64,000 bases of DNA, from NCBI GenBank assembly GCA_051362555.1, contig CM120647.1, positions 1,116,001-1,180,000 of the forward strand, read 5' to 3'. Below, one piece after another: positions 50,675-61,129 of the stretch. Both the position numbers and the translations under genes were made by a program. The notes beneath the pieces are model-generated. The model did not search any database. It saw only the letters and a program-made list of their open reading frames with translations, and was not told the origin of the DNA. The stretch comes from Lingula anatina (Eukaryota; Animalia; Brachiopoda). How positions within the stretch are numbered: position 1 is the stretch's first letter; each line of letters begins with the position of its first letter.

Positions 50675-51691
50675 TCCATCACATAGTGATTATCACAACC
50701 ACACGATCTGTTGACATGATACTGCGAAATGAAGGTTGTCATTTCAGGACTGTGAGTAGCCTACTTCATAAGATATAGATCGAATTAATGATGAACAAAC
50801 CAGGTTCGTTCTCGCCTCGTAACAAAAGTATATATTTCTAAGGAACCGAGATACAATGTCTCTCTCGCAAAGGAATCGGAAATTGTAATGCGTTTTTTTT
50901 TTATGAAATGCGATCGATGTTCAGAAGAGATATTATTATATAGAATAGAAGCTTCTTTCATTAAGGTGACGGCAGAGAGGAGGTCGACATTTCTGTCCAC
51001 GGTACAATTCACCGTGTGGTACGTAAGCGCTGGGGGGAAGGGCAGGGGTTCTGAAGTAGACCGACTTGACCGACACGTTAGCGTTGTTCTCAACAACGCA
51101 AAGCCCCGATATTGTGTTCGAAGATTTATTTAGGGACGCTGGGAAATGTTATTTTATATCCAGAATGTAGAAAATAAATAAAAAAATGAATAAATATTCC
51201 ACCTGACCATTCTGAGGTCTATTTGACCTAAATGTGACGTAGACCGATACTTATCTTACTTTGATGAATTGCTAAGTTATTGTAAATTGGAGTTGGGTCA
51301 AAATGTGGGTGTAAAAGCTTTGGCGTCCTCTGGGCGAAGGCTCCGTGGTGGAATTAGGTCACAGTCCGAGCACAACACCGCTTGCTAATTGTCACAACTT
51401 CAGCGCTTTGTTATTCCTAGCAATATACTCCTTATTGTGTCACCACACAGATTCGTTCACAAACTGAGACACAGACTGGCAAGCCGCAATATGCGTCATC
51501 GTGCCATTTCTGGAATTTTGTTTTTTCCGTTTCCTCTGAATTTAAAACCGCTTTTGTGTGACTGGAAAAAAGTCTGACTATTCACGTTGTTATTATTAGA
51601 TCTATGTCAGGAAAATTGACTGACATACCTTTGTAAAATAATTGGTCGATGCACTTTTACAATGCACAATTACCACAATAGTTTATCATTG

Positions 51692-51692
<1 letters not shown>

Positions 51693-51737
<45 letters not shown>
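51693..51737. repeat. (ATT)n microsatellite just upstream of the GPCR-2 acceptor
   Basis: Direct reading. Confidence 0.9.
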
Positions 51738-51739
<2 letters not shown>

Positions 51740-51750
51740 AAGGCACAATT

Positions 51751-51764
51751 ATTGATTTCAGCAG
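51751..51764 (+). promoter_or_regulatory. Probable tandem (NAGNAG) splice acceptor 11-14 nt before the GPCR-2 ATG
   Basis: ATTGATTTCAG|CAG|CGGGATAGAGGATGG. Confidence 0.5.
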
Positions 51765-51775
51765 CGGGATAGAGG

Positions 51776-52972
51776 ATGGGAGATCTGGATGACTTTTTTC
51801 TTTCATTTGAAGACCAAATGATGTACGGGACAGAAAATCTCACCGCCATTCACAGCATCGCAGCTAACAAGGAATGGCCAAACGCATCAGTTGAAGAGAC
51901 GTCACAAGAGACCGCGGACCCGCCTATCTTGATCCACGGGAGGAGGTTCTATGCGGTAGTAACACCTATAATTATCGTCCTTGGTTTGGCGGGAAATCTG
52001 ATATCATTGTGCGTATTTAAGAACAGGAAGCTCCGCGTGTTGGGGGCAAGTCAATACCTCATAGCTCTGTCCATATCGGATCTTTCGGTTTTGATAATCT
52101 ACGTTTTGTTTGACTGGATAACCAAAGGACTCCCGTACTTGGGACACGATTTAACCATCCGTATTTTAGCCTTGAATGGCGTCTGCCACGTGTTCCTATT
52201 CTTTTCCTATTGGTTCCGGTTCATCTCGGTGTGGATTATAGTGACCTTCACCATTGAGCGGTACATTGGAGTATGTAAACCTCTCCAGAAGATCAAGATG
52301 AGCACCACGAGGAACGCAAGGAAGACCATTATCTTCTGCACGCTGCTCGGGGCCTGTCTCAGCCTGTGGAAACCTCTGATGAGTGGCGTGTTCATCAACG
52401 AGGAGCACAACGTGGCCGTGTGCACGCACGACGCCGCTCACAAATTTACCTCTTTCGTCTTGGACATCATCTTCGCCCTCAGCATCACCTTGGTCCCCGT
52501 CATCATCATCACCGTGCTCAACATCGCCATGGTGAGGAATCTCGTCACGAGGTTTCGAGGCGAGGCGGTCAAGGACGTCATGAAGGTCAACAATGCCACG
52601 AACAAACTGCGCATGGAGATGACGTGCATGCTACTGGTCCTCTCCACGTGCTTTGTGGCGCTGAGCATCCCCTACTTGATCACGTGGTGTTACCATATGT
52701 ATACGACGTTTGAATCCAAGCAACGCGACTTTAAATACATGCGTGGCGTGTTGTACATTACACGAACTATATTTTACGTTAATTACTGCATTAACTTTTT
52801 CTTGTACAGTTTGACTGGCGCTTGCTTCAGGCAGCATCTTGCCATGATGTTTTGTGGCCGAAGAATGTACTCTCCTGCAGCGAGCGTCAAGACGAGGAGC
52901 TTCTCTCGCAGCTCGGGCACACGTATGACCACCTTATCGTTAAATGTCAACAACCTGGACACTTTTGTTTGA
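51776..52972 (+). CDS. Class A 7TM peptide-type GPCR, paralog of GPCR-1, 398 aa, intronless CDS (GPCR-2)
   Basis: GLAGN, YLIALSISD, FTIERYIGVCKP, LVPV..LN, CFVALSIPY, VNYCINFFLY..G..FR. Aligns without gaps to GPCR-1 over TM1-TM5 (31/48 identical across TM1-TM2 by hand count). Sequons NLT and NAS; Kozak AGGATGG. Confidence 0.97.
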   Translation: MGDLDDFFLSFEDQMMYGTENLTAIHSIAANKEWPNASVEETSQETADPPILIHGRRFYAVVTPIIIVLGLAGNLISLCVFKNRKLRVLGASQYLIALSISDLSVLIIYVLFDWITKGLPYLGHDLTIRILALNGVCHVFLFFSYWFRFISVWIIVTFTIERYIGVCKPLQKIKMSTTRNARKTIIFCTLLGACLSLWKPLMSGVFINEEHNVAVCTHDAAHKFTSFVLDIIFALSITLVPVIIITVLNIAMVRNLVTRFRGEAVKDVMKVNNATNKLRMEMTCMLLVLSTCFVALSIPYLITWCYHMYTTFESKQRDFKYMRGVLYITRTIFYVNYCINFFLYSLTGACFRQHLAMMFCGRRMYSPAASVKTRSFSRSSGTRMTTLSLNVNNLDTFV

Positions 52973-53669
52973 ATGCAGCTTGTATCTGGTCGGGGATGTT
53001 AAAAAGATGTTAATGTGAAGAAAGGGCAAAGTTTTCGGTGAAAATGGTCAAAGTCGGTGACGAAATGACGATATTTTCCAAACAAGAAGACATTCAAGTT
53101 TAGAGATACAAAGATTACTTTCGACAAGTTAAATACAATTGTCAAAGTAAAGGCGCTGACAGCGTTTAGTCAGTTAACTTCCAATTGACACAGGCTGATC
53201 AGCGCTCACAATCAAATAGCGCAGATGGAGATGACAGGGAGTGAGAAAACTGAGACATAGTCGCAAGGAAAGTAACAAATTACGATCTGGAATTTTATCA
53301 ATTTTGTCTAGAAGGTGCAGGATAGTGTTGCCTCGTGTTGAATTATCCCGCAGTGTAATCTGATTGTCATCTACAGATGGAATGTCTACGACAGGATTTT
53401 ATTTCTTCAACGTGATTAGTTTGTAATTACGCTTCTCTTACTGCGTACATCGCTATGATGAAAACCACAGGACGTTGTTTTGTTATTTTCCAGCATTTGC
53501 AGACTGTTAGTAAAAGCTTGTTGCAGACTACTTCTCCAGGGCATTGCTATTCTATGCCTCCAGTACGATAATACTCTTGACTCTTTGATTCCATTACCTC
53601 ATACACGACCCTGCAAGACGTTTGATTGTGATTTAAGCCACCGCTTTTCCATGTAGCATTAAGTGTCCC

Positions 53670-53837
53670 AGTGTGACAGGAATGGAAGTCCTAGGAATGG
53701 AAGTCCGGGCCCCCATATGATTAGTACAGGTTAGGGTTAGTTGGAGTATTGGGGTTAGTATATGGGACGAATGTCACCTGTACAAAGAAATGGTAAGAGG
53801 ACTACGGTTCCTAGCGGACTACCATTCCTGTCACACT
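53670..53837 (-). mobile_element. Intact 168-bp non-autonomous inverted-repeat element; unexpanded relative of the 3242-5112 array-bearing element
   Basis: TIRs AGTGTGACAGGAATGG(A/T)AGTCC at both ends; internal GGTTAGGGTTAG. Its right 65 bp, reverse-complemented, match one array unit with a few mismatches. Confidence 0.9.
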
Positions 53838-55699
53838 CGCATATAGAGCCAAAACCTGCTTCAGAAAGGCAGCATTCAAGCTAATGGAAAATAAAGTCCG
53901 AAATGTTGCTTATGTCCATTTCGAACCGCATTTAACCAGACATTCAAGCACGTCGCCGCCAACCTGGCCATGTCAGTTAAACTGTTTCTGTCTTTTCTCT
54001 TTAACACAACCGACAGACGCTGGCAAAGATGACGCGAAGTGCCGTGCTGTTTGGGTTGAATTGATCGACATTAAAAACATCGAGAAGCGTCGCACAATTG
54101 AAAGGAGTTAAGTAATTTCAACTAAATCTATCTTATCTTCATCAGAAGAATTGCGTTGGATTCCAGTGACCACAATGCAACTGTCATTTGCTGTATTCCA
54201 TTCCATCCGGAAAACGATCGAAATAGCGACGGGCAAATTAATTTTTTTACACAAAATCTAATATTCGGTCTCGTATGTCGTGACATTTTACAGATAATGG
54301 CTAGAGATGACCATTGATAGATTTTAGCCGGCGCCACGGGGGACATGATTCCAATGTAATTTACGGGCGAAATGAAGTAGTTAATCTATGGAGGAGAACG
54401 GACAGAGAAAGACCAGTAGTGGAGAAGCACTGACCGCTCTTTTATAGCGAGGGTTGACATTTTAACATGACCAGAGACTTAACTGAAAGGAAATGAAGAC
54501 AGAAGTCCGGAAAATTGAGAAAAAGGATCACGCTGTTAAACACGTGACTCTTCAAATAGAGAATCATGCTGACAAAAAAATCTTCCTCGGTATAGTTTTA
54601 TAGTTAAGAGTAGTAAGGAGAGATGCAGAATACAAAACCCATGAAAGATTTTTTAATTGTAGATGTTCTTTTTGTACAAATTATTGAAAAAACACGTACA
54701 ACATATATCCACTTTCCTTATCCTTCAAACATTGGAATGCTTCATATTGTGATGAAAAATGGTGTGTAAAAGTATTCTACGAGAAACTTATCATTGTGTT
54801 TTGTATAAGTTTGATGACAGACGAGCTATGGGCCGTGTGGGACATTGCAAAGTGATAATCAACATAATATGGCAGACTTTGATAAATAATTACGGTAATG
54901 ATGACGTTTTCAAATTTGACTTTCCTAACTCTCCTCCTTGTTATTGTTAAGAGTATTTTTTATACTTTTTCGCCACTAAATAATTAAAATTTAATATTCA
55001 GCTAACATTTTGACGTTTAGATAAGATTATGTACCGTATTGTTTACCTTGATTAGGAATAACATGTCCATGTTTAAATGTGTTAGAAGATGTCAACATTC
55101 TTAGTGTGGCTTTTTCTCAATATACTTGATTGGATTTATTTTTAAATTAAGATTCCAAAGTAGATGTAATTTTAGCAGTTCTTAAGATATTGTACTTTGC
55201 CGTTGTATTATCTGTGTTTATGCTTTTTCATATAAAGATGAGCGGCATCTTAATGACTAGCCCGCCATTTTACATTCCGCCATATGGTAAAAGGCAAAAT
55301 TCATCCACGGGCCTCTTATAAATATAGGTTACAGACACTTTCCTGTCGGCAAGATTACTGTTTGGGAAAATGTTCTGGTCAAAAACTCCGTAGCCGAAGG
55401 ATAGCGTAAATGAACCCTCTGTCCTAGGTCAACTGACCCCGCTTCCAATGCTGTTTTTTTTTTTTAACTTTTTTTGTCAGTTTTCCTGTAGAGCCTCCTA
55501 TATTTCAAACTATATAGTTGTGCTGATTGAGCCTCTTTTATTCTACTTAAACTATCTCTTAAATGATTTAAATGTTGTCATTGTGTCATTATTCTTTAAT
55601 TGTGTCGCAATTAGGTTGTTCATTTTTACAACTGCGTTATTTTTGTTGAACGGGACACGAGTTTCTGTTAATTATCTCATTAGCTCTTTCATATTCCGT

Positions 55700-55705
55700 A
55701 ATAAA
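55700..55705 (+). terminator. Candidate polyadenylation signal of GPCR-2 (alternatives at ~53890 and 55776)
   Basis: AATAAA followed by GT/T-rich TGTTCGTTTTTACTGCGTTGTTTTTT. Confidence 0.3.
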
Positions 55706-56345
55706 ATGGTAACCTGTTCGTTTTTACTGCGTTGTTTTTACATTCTTAATTGGCACTCATTCCCCAGCCCGTGGAAATAAAAACAGCATTTTTAGAGGAT
55801 TAAATGTTCGCGACACCTATGAAAGGAAAAGTATTTGATTTAAATATATCTAAGAGTGGGGAGATTTAGATCTTCTAGTGTCACGTGGACATGGTGCAGA
55901 TTTCTCCTCACGGGGGTGGGGGTGGGGGTGAGGGGGGTAAGTAATGGTTGAAACGAAATATGAAATGATGGTTGCAAGGGACTGGGAGGGGAGGGGGTGA
56001 TTACAAGATTTTTAGTTCTGGGGATACCTCATCTCCTCTAACGTCCCATCGAAAAAAATCAGAATAACGAAAAGACAAATCAGAGATGTTTCTCCATTAT
56101 TGTACCTAAATATTGTCTCAAGTTTATTGTTTTATGCCCTTCTCCGCCTCATCAAAAAAATATGGATTCGCTCGTGGAACGTGGGAGTTTTTGATGAAAG
56201 ACAAGAGCGACCATTTGATTTAATCCGCTTAATTCGAATCGCTAACGCTATCCGTGTCATTCCCTCAGGGACTGGCTGAAAAATATTTGCAGGTTACGTT
56301 TTGAATTATTTTCGATATGAAAGAAAGTCGTCGACGTACCACCTT

Positions 56346-56512
56346 CAGGGGCGGATTCAGAGATATTTTCTGACAGTCTTCCAAATTATCTTTGTTGATC
56401 CATTCTTCATTTTTGACCGTCTTCCGACGTAAAAATTAGACAACTTTCAATGTAAACTTGAAAATCTGACCGTCTTCCGGAAGACCCAGAAGACGGCCTG
56501 AATCCGCTCCTG
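56346..56512. mobile_element. hAT-like MITE with 5-bp target duplication
   Basis: ACCTT|CAGGGGCGGATTCAG ... CTGAATCCGCTCCTG|ACCTT; internal GACCGTCTTCC repeats. Confidence 0.8.
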
Positions 56513-57215
56513 ACCTTCGTCGTACTATATTCCTTGCTCCTTACATCATGCTCACTGCATTATGATATAGTACGGTCTAAAATATGTCTGTTAGTAATAT
56601 TAAATATTTTAAAAGCTTTGTTCTTGAAAATTCATGATATCTTTTTGAATATCTTGCTTACAAAATAGAGCCATACTAAAATGTACTGCGTGTCTCCTAA
56701 TATAGATTGTTGGCAAATTGCCTTTCACTTTGTAGGCAATGTTTATATCATGCTGTGTCATACAATTGGTTGAGGAAATTAACAGAAGCGCTCTGCGAGT
56801 TCTTAAACACTTATCTTAAACCACTGTCGTCAACTTTCCCCAAGAGACGCGCGCAATCTTCTTATCACTTGTTCCAACAGGTTTGCACGTCACCAAGTTC
56901 ACCCAGTCAACAAATGCTGAATTTGTTACTTGGCCAAGAGGAAAACTGTTGGATGCCTGACAAACTGGGCAACAGGTTTTGAACTGTTTGCTGATTTCTT
57001 GACCATATGTAAGCAAAAATATAAATAAATAAATAAATAACCTGACTGAATGATCACTTTGATAAAACACACTAGCAATTACTTTAAGATATTATTGCCT
57101 TTCATTTTCTTATTTCTAAGGAGAGAAGGATACAGGAATAAATGAAGGAAGGAAGGATGGGAGGATGAATGGATTGATTGATGGAAGGAAAGTAAAGGTT
57201 AAAAAACAGATGAAA

Positions 57216-57426
57216 GTGTGTGTGTGCGTGTGTGTGTGTGTCTGTGTGTGTGTGTGTGTGACCCTCACCGCTCTTGATAAGAGACATTTTACATTGTGTT
57301 AGGTACATGCACATGTGTGTGTGTGTGTGTGCATGTGTGCACGTGTGCACGTGTGTGTGTATGTGTTTGTGTGTGTGTATGCATGGGTGTGTGTGTGTGT
57401 GTGCGTGTGTATGTGTATTTGTGTGG

Positions 57427-57459
<33 letters not shown>

Positions 57460-57465
57460 TGTGTG
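57216..57465. repeat. Imperfect (GT)n microsatellite region
   Basis: Direct reading; source of the His-Thr and Cys-Val ORFs. Confidence 0.9.
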
Positions 57466-57593
57466 CTATAGACACGTGTTGACATAGTAAACAATAACGG
57501 GGGTGGGGGGGGGGGAGCATCCGCCCCCTTCCATGCCCCCCCCCCCCCCCCCCAACACACCCACCTCTCTGTCTCCTTGCATTTAAACACCTG

Positions 57594-57854
57594 GGCCCAG
57601 TTTTATAAAGGGCTTTTAGCACTAACCAGTGGATAAGCCTTACCAGTGGATAAATTCTCCTAACACCCATTAACTAAAAGAAGGTTAAATTGGGTTTCAT
57701 ATACAGTTTTCTGAAGGAAAACAGACAATTAGTTAACAGGCTAGTGTTTAACTGGATTGAATGATTATTTAAAGGTCAGTTAACTAACAGACTGTTTAGG
57801 TCTGGTTAGAGTTATACACTGGTTAGTGCTAAACTTCCTTTATAAAACTGGGCC
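57594..57854. mobile_element. Harbinger-like MITE with CTG target duplication
   Basis: CTG|GGCCCAGTTTTATAAAGG...TTTAGCACTAACCAGTG ... CACTGGTTAGTGCTAAA...CCTTTATAAAACTGGGCC|CTG. Confidence 0.85.
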
Positions 57855-58993
57855 CTGTACTTTGGTGACATTTAGCCACATTCCCCGCCCTCCCTGTTCT
57901 GGAACTGTTAGAGTGTGGATCGGTTATAAGTGTATTTATAACGATTGGACTACTTGCTATTTAAAGCAAATAACGCAGATACTGAACATGACGGATCAGA
58001 ACTCAATCAACAAAAAGGATGAAAAATTGAGTTACGGCAGTTGGTTTTGTTAAAGGGTTGTCAAGGGTCCCAGTGACCAGCTGGTGAAAGTAATTACCCC
58101 GTCAGCGTCTGCCAAGTTGCATCGATCCTCGACTGTGATCTTCAACAACAATAACAACAGCCTCAAAGATGCTGCTTCACTTTAAAACAGCATTTAGTTT
58201 CTAAACACATTTCTAAGCGCCTGATTTGTCTCACTTTTCCAACGGGTTTAGCTGCTTTTAAAACACGTTTAGCTCGTAACCATGCTACGAACGTTAACCC
58301 TGAATCTTGTCTAGCCTTGTTATAAACTTATTATAGAATCATATACCGGTGAAGCTAAACACATAGCTAAATATGTAACACTGCCAAACATGCCTATAGC
58401 ATTTTCTTCTATGAGAAGCCTGTTCAAAAAGTTATACGTTTTCAGCTCTAACACATATTTCTAAACGCGTTAAAGTGCTAAACTGGAGTCTGGGAACTAC
58501 ACTTGGTCTTTTCTTGGTCGCGCTGCGACTTCTGTCGTAGTCTTTGTTTGTTGGTGTTTTAAGTAATTGTAAGTTACTTCTATATAATATAGGTCAATTA
58601 TGTTGAATATGGTGGGAAGTGTTACCAACTATTACTTAGACAATAAAGGCATATTATTATTCTGACCAAGTGTTGTTCCTGATGACGTAGGTTTACAAAA
58701 AACCTGTGTTATAACTTATATGTATTTAAAGGCTAAACACTGTTTTTACAGTGTATGCGGTCTACGTGTACTCCTAGGTGCTTGTTTGACTTAAGTTCCT
58801 TAGCTCCAAAATTGATCTCAACTTTTTGACCAAATATTCGTTCTCATTATACCCTAGATATATCAATGGGGTTCAGGAAATACGGTGCCTGTTTTCTACC
58901 ACAAAGACCTGGATATTCTTAGATCGAGTGGATTGCTAAGGATTGGTCGTGAACTGAAGAAGAAAACATTTTTGGTCTAAAATTACAGACCAG

Positions 58994-59139
58994 GGCTCCG
59001 AATCTCAAAAGGTTCGCTAAGTTGCGCACGTGTGCAAGCGTCTCGATTCCATGGCCCCGTATCTCGAAATAGAATCGGTTATGGTATCGAGACGCTTGCG
59101 CACGTGCGCAACATAGCGAACCTTTCGAGATACTTAGAC
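58994..59139. mobile_element. Harbinger-like palindromic MITE (family C relative)
   Basis: CAG flanks; arms AAAGGTTCGCTAAGTTGCGCACGTGTGCAAGCGTCTCGATTCCAT / ATGGTATCGAGACGCTTGCGCACGTGCGCAACATAGCGAACCTTT. Confidence 0.75.
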
Positions 59140-60427
59140 CAGCTTTCTGTATAAGGATCACTTGCTAAATAGGTCGTCAAAGGTCTCGGGTGGAGCAAAT
59201 GCAACGGGTACCTTGAATGTGTAGTGTGTCTAAAAAACGAAAGAAAAATTAGAAAATTAATAATAATAATAATTCTGTATTACACATTTCCTGAAATGAG
59301 CGAAACAAAATATCCTAAATCAAAGCACCGACATTAGAGTAATAAAATATCACTGACTATAAAATTAGCTTTAAAAAAACTAATTCCCTTTTGCAGCGTT
59401 GCTACCAAATAATACAATTTCAAAACACTTATTTTGTGAATGCCTTTGAATATGTGCATTTCAGCGAAGGTTTAAAAAAAGTAAGCATATTTGGCCGTCT
59501 TATGCTTAACGACTGTTTATTCCATTGTTTTAGAGCACATATCTCAGATGCACAGTCACCACAACAGTCACTTGCTTTGTTATCGGCAGGTGAATACAGT
59601 AAAAGATTAACCATCGGCACATAGGCCTACTTGGTAGCCCGTGGGTGTTACTTCTAAATCACATTAACTTATCAGGGGGTCTGTTCCCCTTGAGAGTCTT
59701 AAAAGTTCAATACATTTTGAATAAAATGTTTTTCTTGCTGAAAAGCAACGCTGTGAAGGTTTTTTTTTTTACATAATGTTATCTGCACTTTATTGTTGTG
59801 GCTTGTATTAGGTACCATGCAGTTCTGCCATAGAGACCTAAATTAGCTGTAATTCATATATCTGTTAATGCGTGGGCTGAAAAGCAGACTGTCACAGTGA
59901 TTTAATTAAGATGACAAGAAAGCGTGCACTAGTTAAGCTTGTTAGCATCTCTAACCAGCAAATGACGGATTTGGCTTATACGCCAGGATGAATATAGATT
60001 CACAGATACTAGTCACACGTTGTGTTAATGATCCGTAGAAGTCAAAGATCCCCCCCCCCAAAGTCCTTCACCCTGGGTTTTTCCCTTCATACCCACAGTG
60101 ACAAAATATATAACTGTGGCAGCTTGTTGATGACTAGATTCCTTGAAACACATTAGAAACCACGTGTATATCGGCCTTATCGGCAGTCAAAGGCTAAAGG
60201 TTTTCTCTCATCCATGGTCTTTAGTCTTCTCTCCATGCTTCAGTGGCAGCTGATCAACAACGATAAGCTATCATGGTCCGTTGTATGAACTTTTTACACG
60301 AAAATATTGAGGATAAAGCCATCCTGCTGTAAAAGAATGTCTTTAAGTTGTTTGTTTGGTTGATCACAGCGAGGAAGTTTTTCATTAGATCCTAACTCGG
60401 TTTTAGTCTGCGTGAGTAAAAAAGTTA

Positions 60428-60521
60428 CTTCACAAATTAATTTGATTTAAAACTGAACAGTTTTAATTGAATTGCTTCACAAATTAATTTGATTTAAAAC
60501 TGAACGGTTTTAATTGAATAG
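60428..60521 (+). repeat. 47-bp tandem duplication (2 copies)
   Basis: CTTCACAAATTAATTTGATTTAAAACTGAAC(A/G)GTTTTAATTGAAT at 60428 and 60475. Confidence 0.9.
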
Positions 60522-60754
60522 CTGTAATCTTGCTAAAGTGGACAAGTTTTCCTGCATTTTCAGTAGTTTCCTGTCTAGAAAGCGACGTTTACGTAATTAT
60601 GTGAAGGTTACGTAGGTTTCATGCAATTACTTTGTTGCCATTTTCTGCCATTACCAAACACTGTTATATAACTAGACGAGACGTGACCAGTACTAGCTGC
60701 CCCCAACATTCGCAGGCAATCCGACATAAGCCTTGGTAACAGTATACAGTGTGT

Positions 60755-60980
60755 GGGTGCTTTCCCAGAGATTTAGATCGATCTAAATATTAAGATTTAG
60801 ATCGACCTAACTCCCTGGGGGTTCACACTAAATTGCAGTCAGCCGAGCGGGCACCATAGTTAATTACCCCCTTACAGCTTTTAGTGGGTGGGACAGACGC
60901 TTAAGCCGGCTAAGCTGACAGTAATCTAGTGAGACTCCCCACAGGGATAGATCGATCTAAAAATCTATGGAAATGTGGTG
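60755..60980 (+). mobile_element. MITE family A copy
   Basis: GGGTGCTTTCCCAGAGATTTAGATCGATC ... AATCTATGGAAATGTGGTG|TAA. Confidence 0.9.
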
Positions 60981-61123
60981 TAAGTCTTAACTCTACTGGC
61001 GTGCTGCTACAACCAAGGACTGGTATATGACGTCAGTCTAACACGTGACTTCCCACGAGAACAAACAGGTCTGTACACGCGTACAGTGTTAACAGAAGAA
61101 AAACAACTTTTTAGCAAGATATA

Positions 61124-61129
61124 TTTATT
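61124..61129 (-). terminator. Candidate polyadenylation signal of the SLC35F-like gene (~2-kb 3'UTR)
   Basis: Minus-strand AATAAA followed by GTTGTTTTTTCTTCTGTT. Other minus-strand AATAAA at 61369 and 61765. Confidence 0.4.

Noticed and set aside
53729-53740. Interstitial telomere (GGTTAGGGTTAG; also CTAACCCTAACC at ~6003)
   Set aside because: Only about two units and internal to the mobile element.
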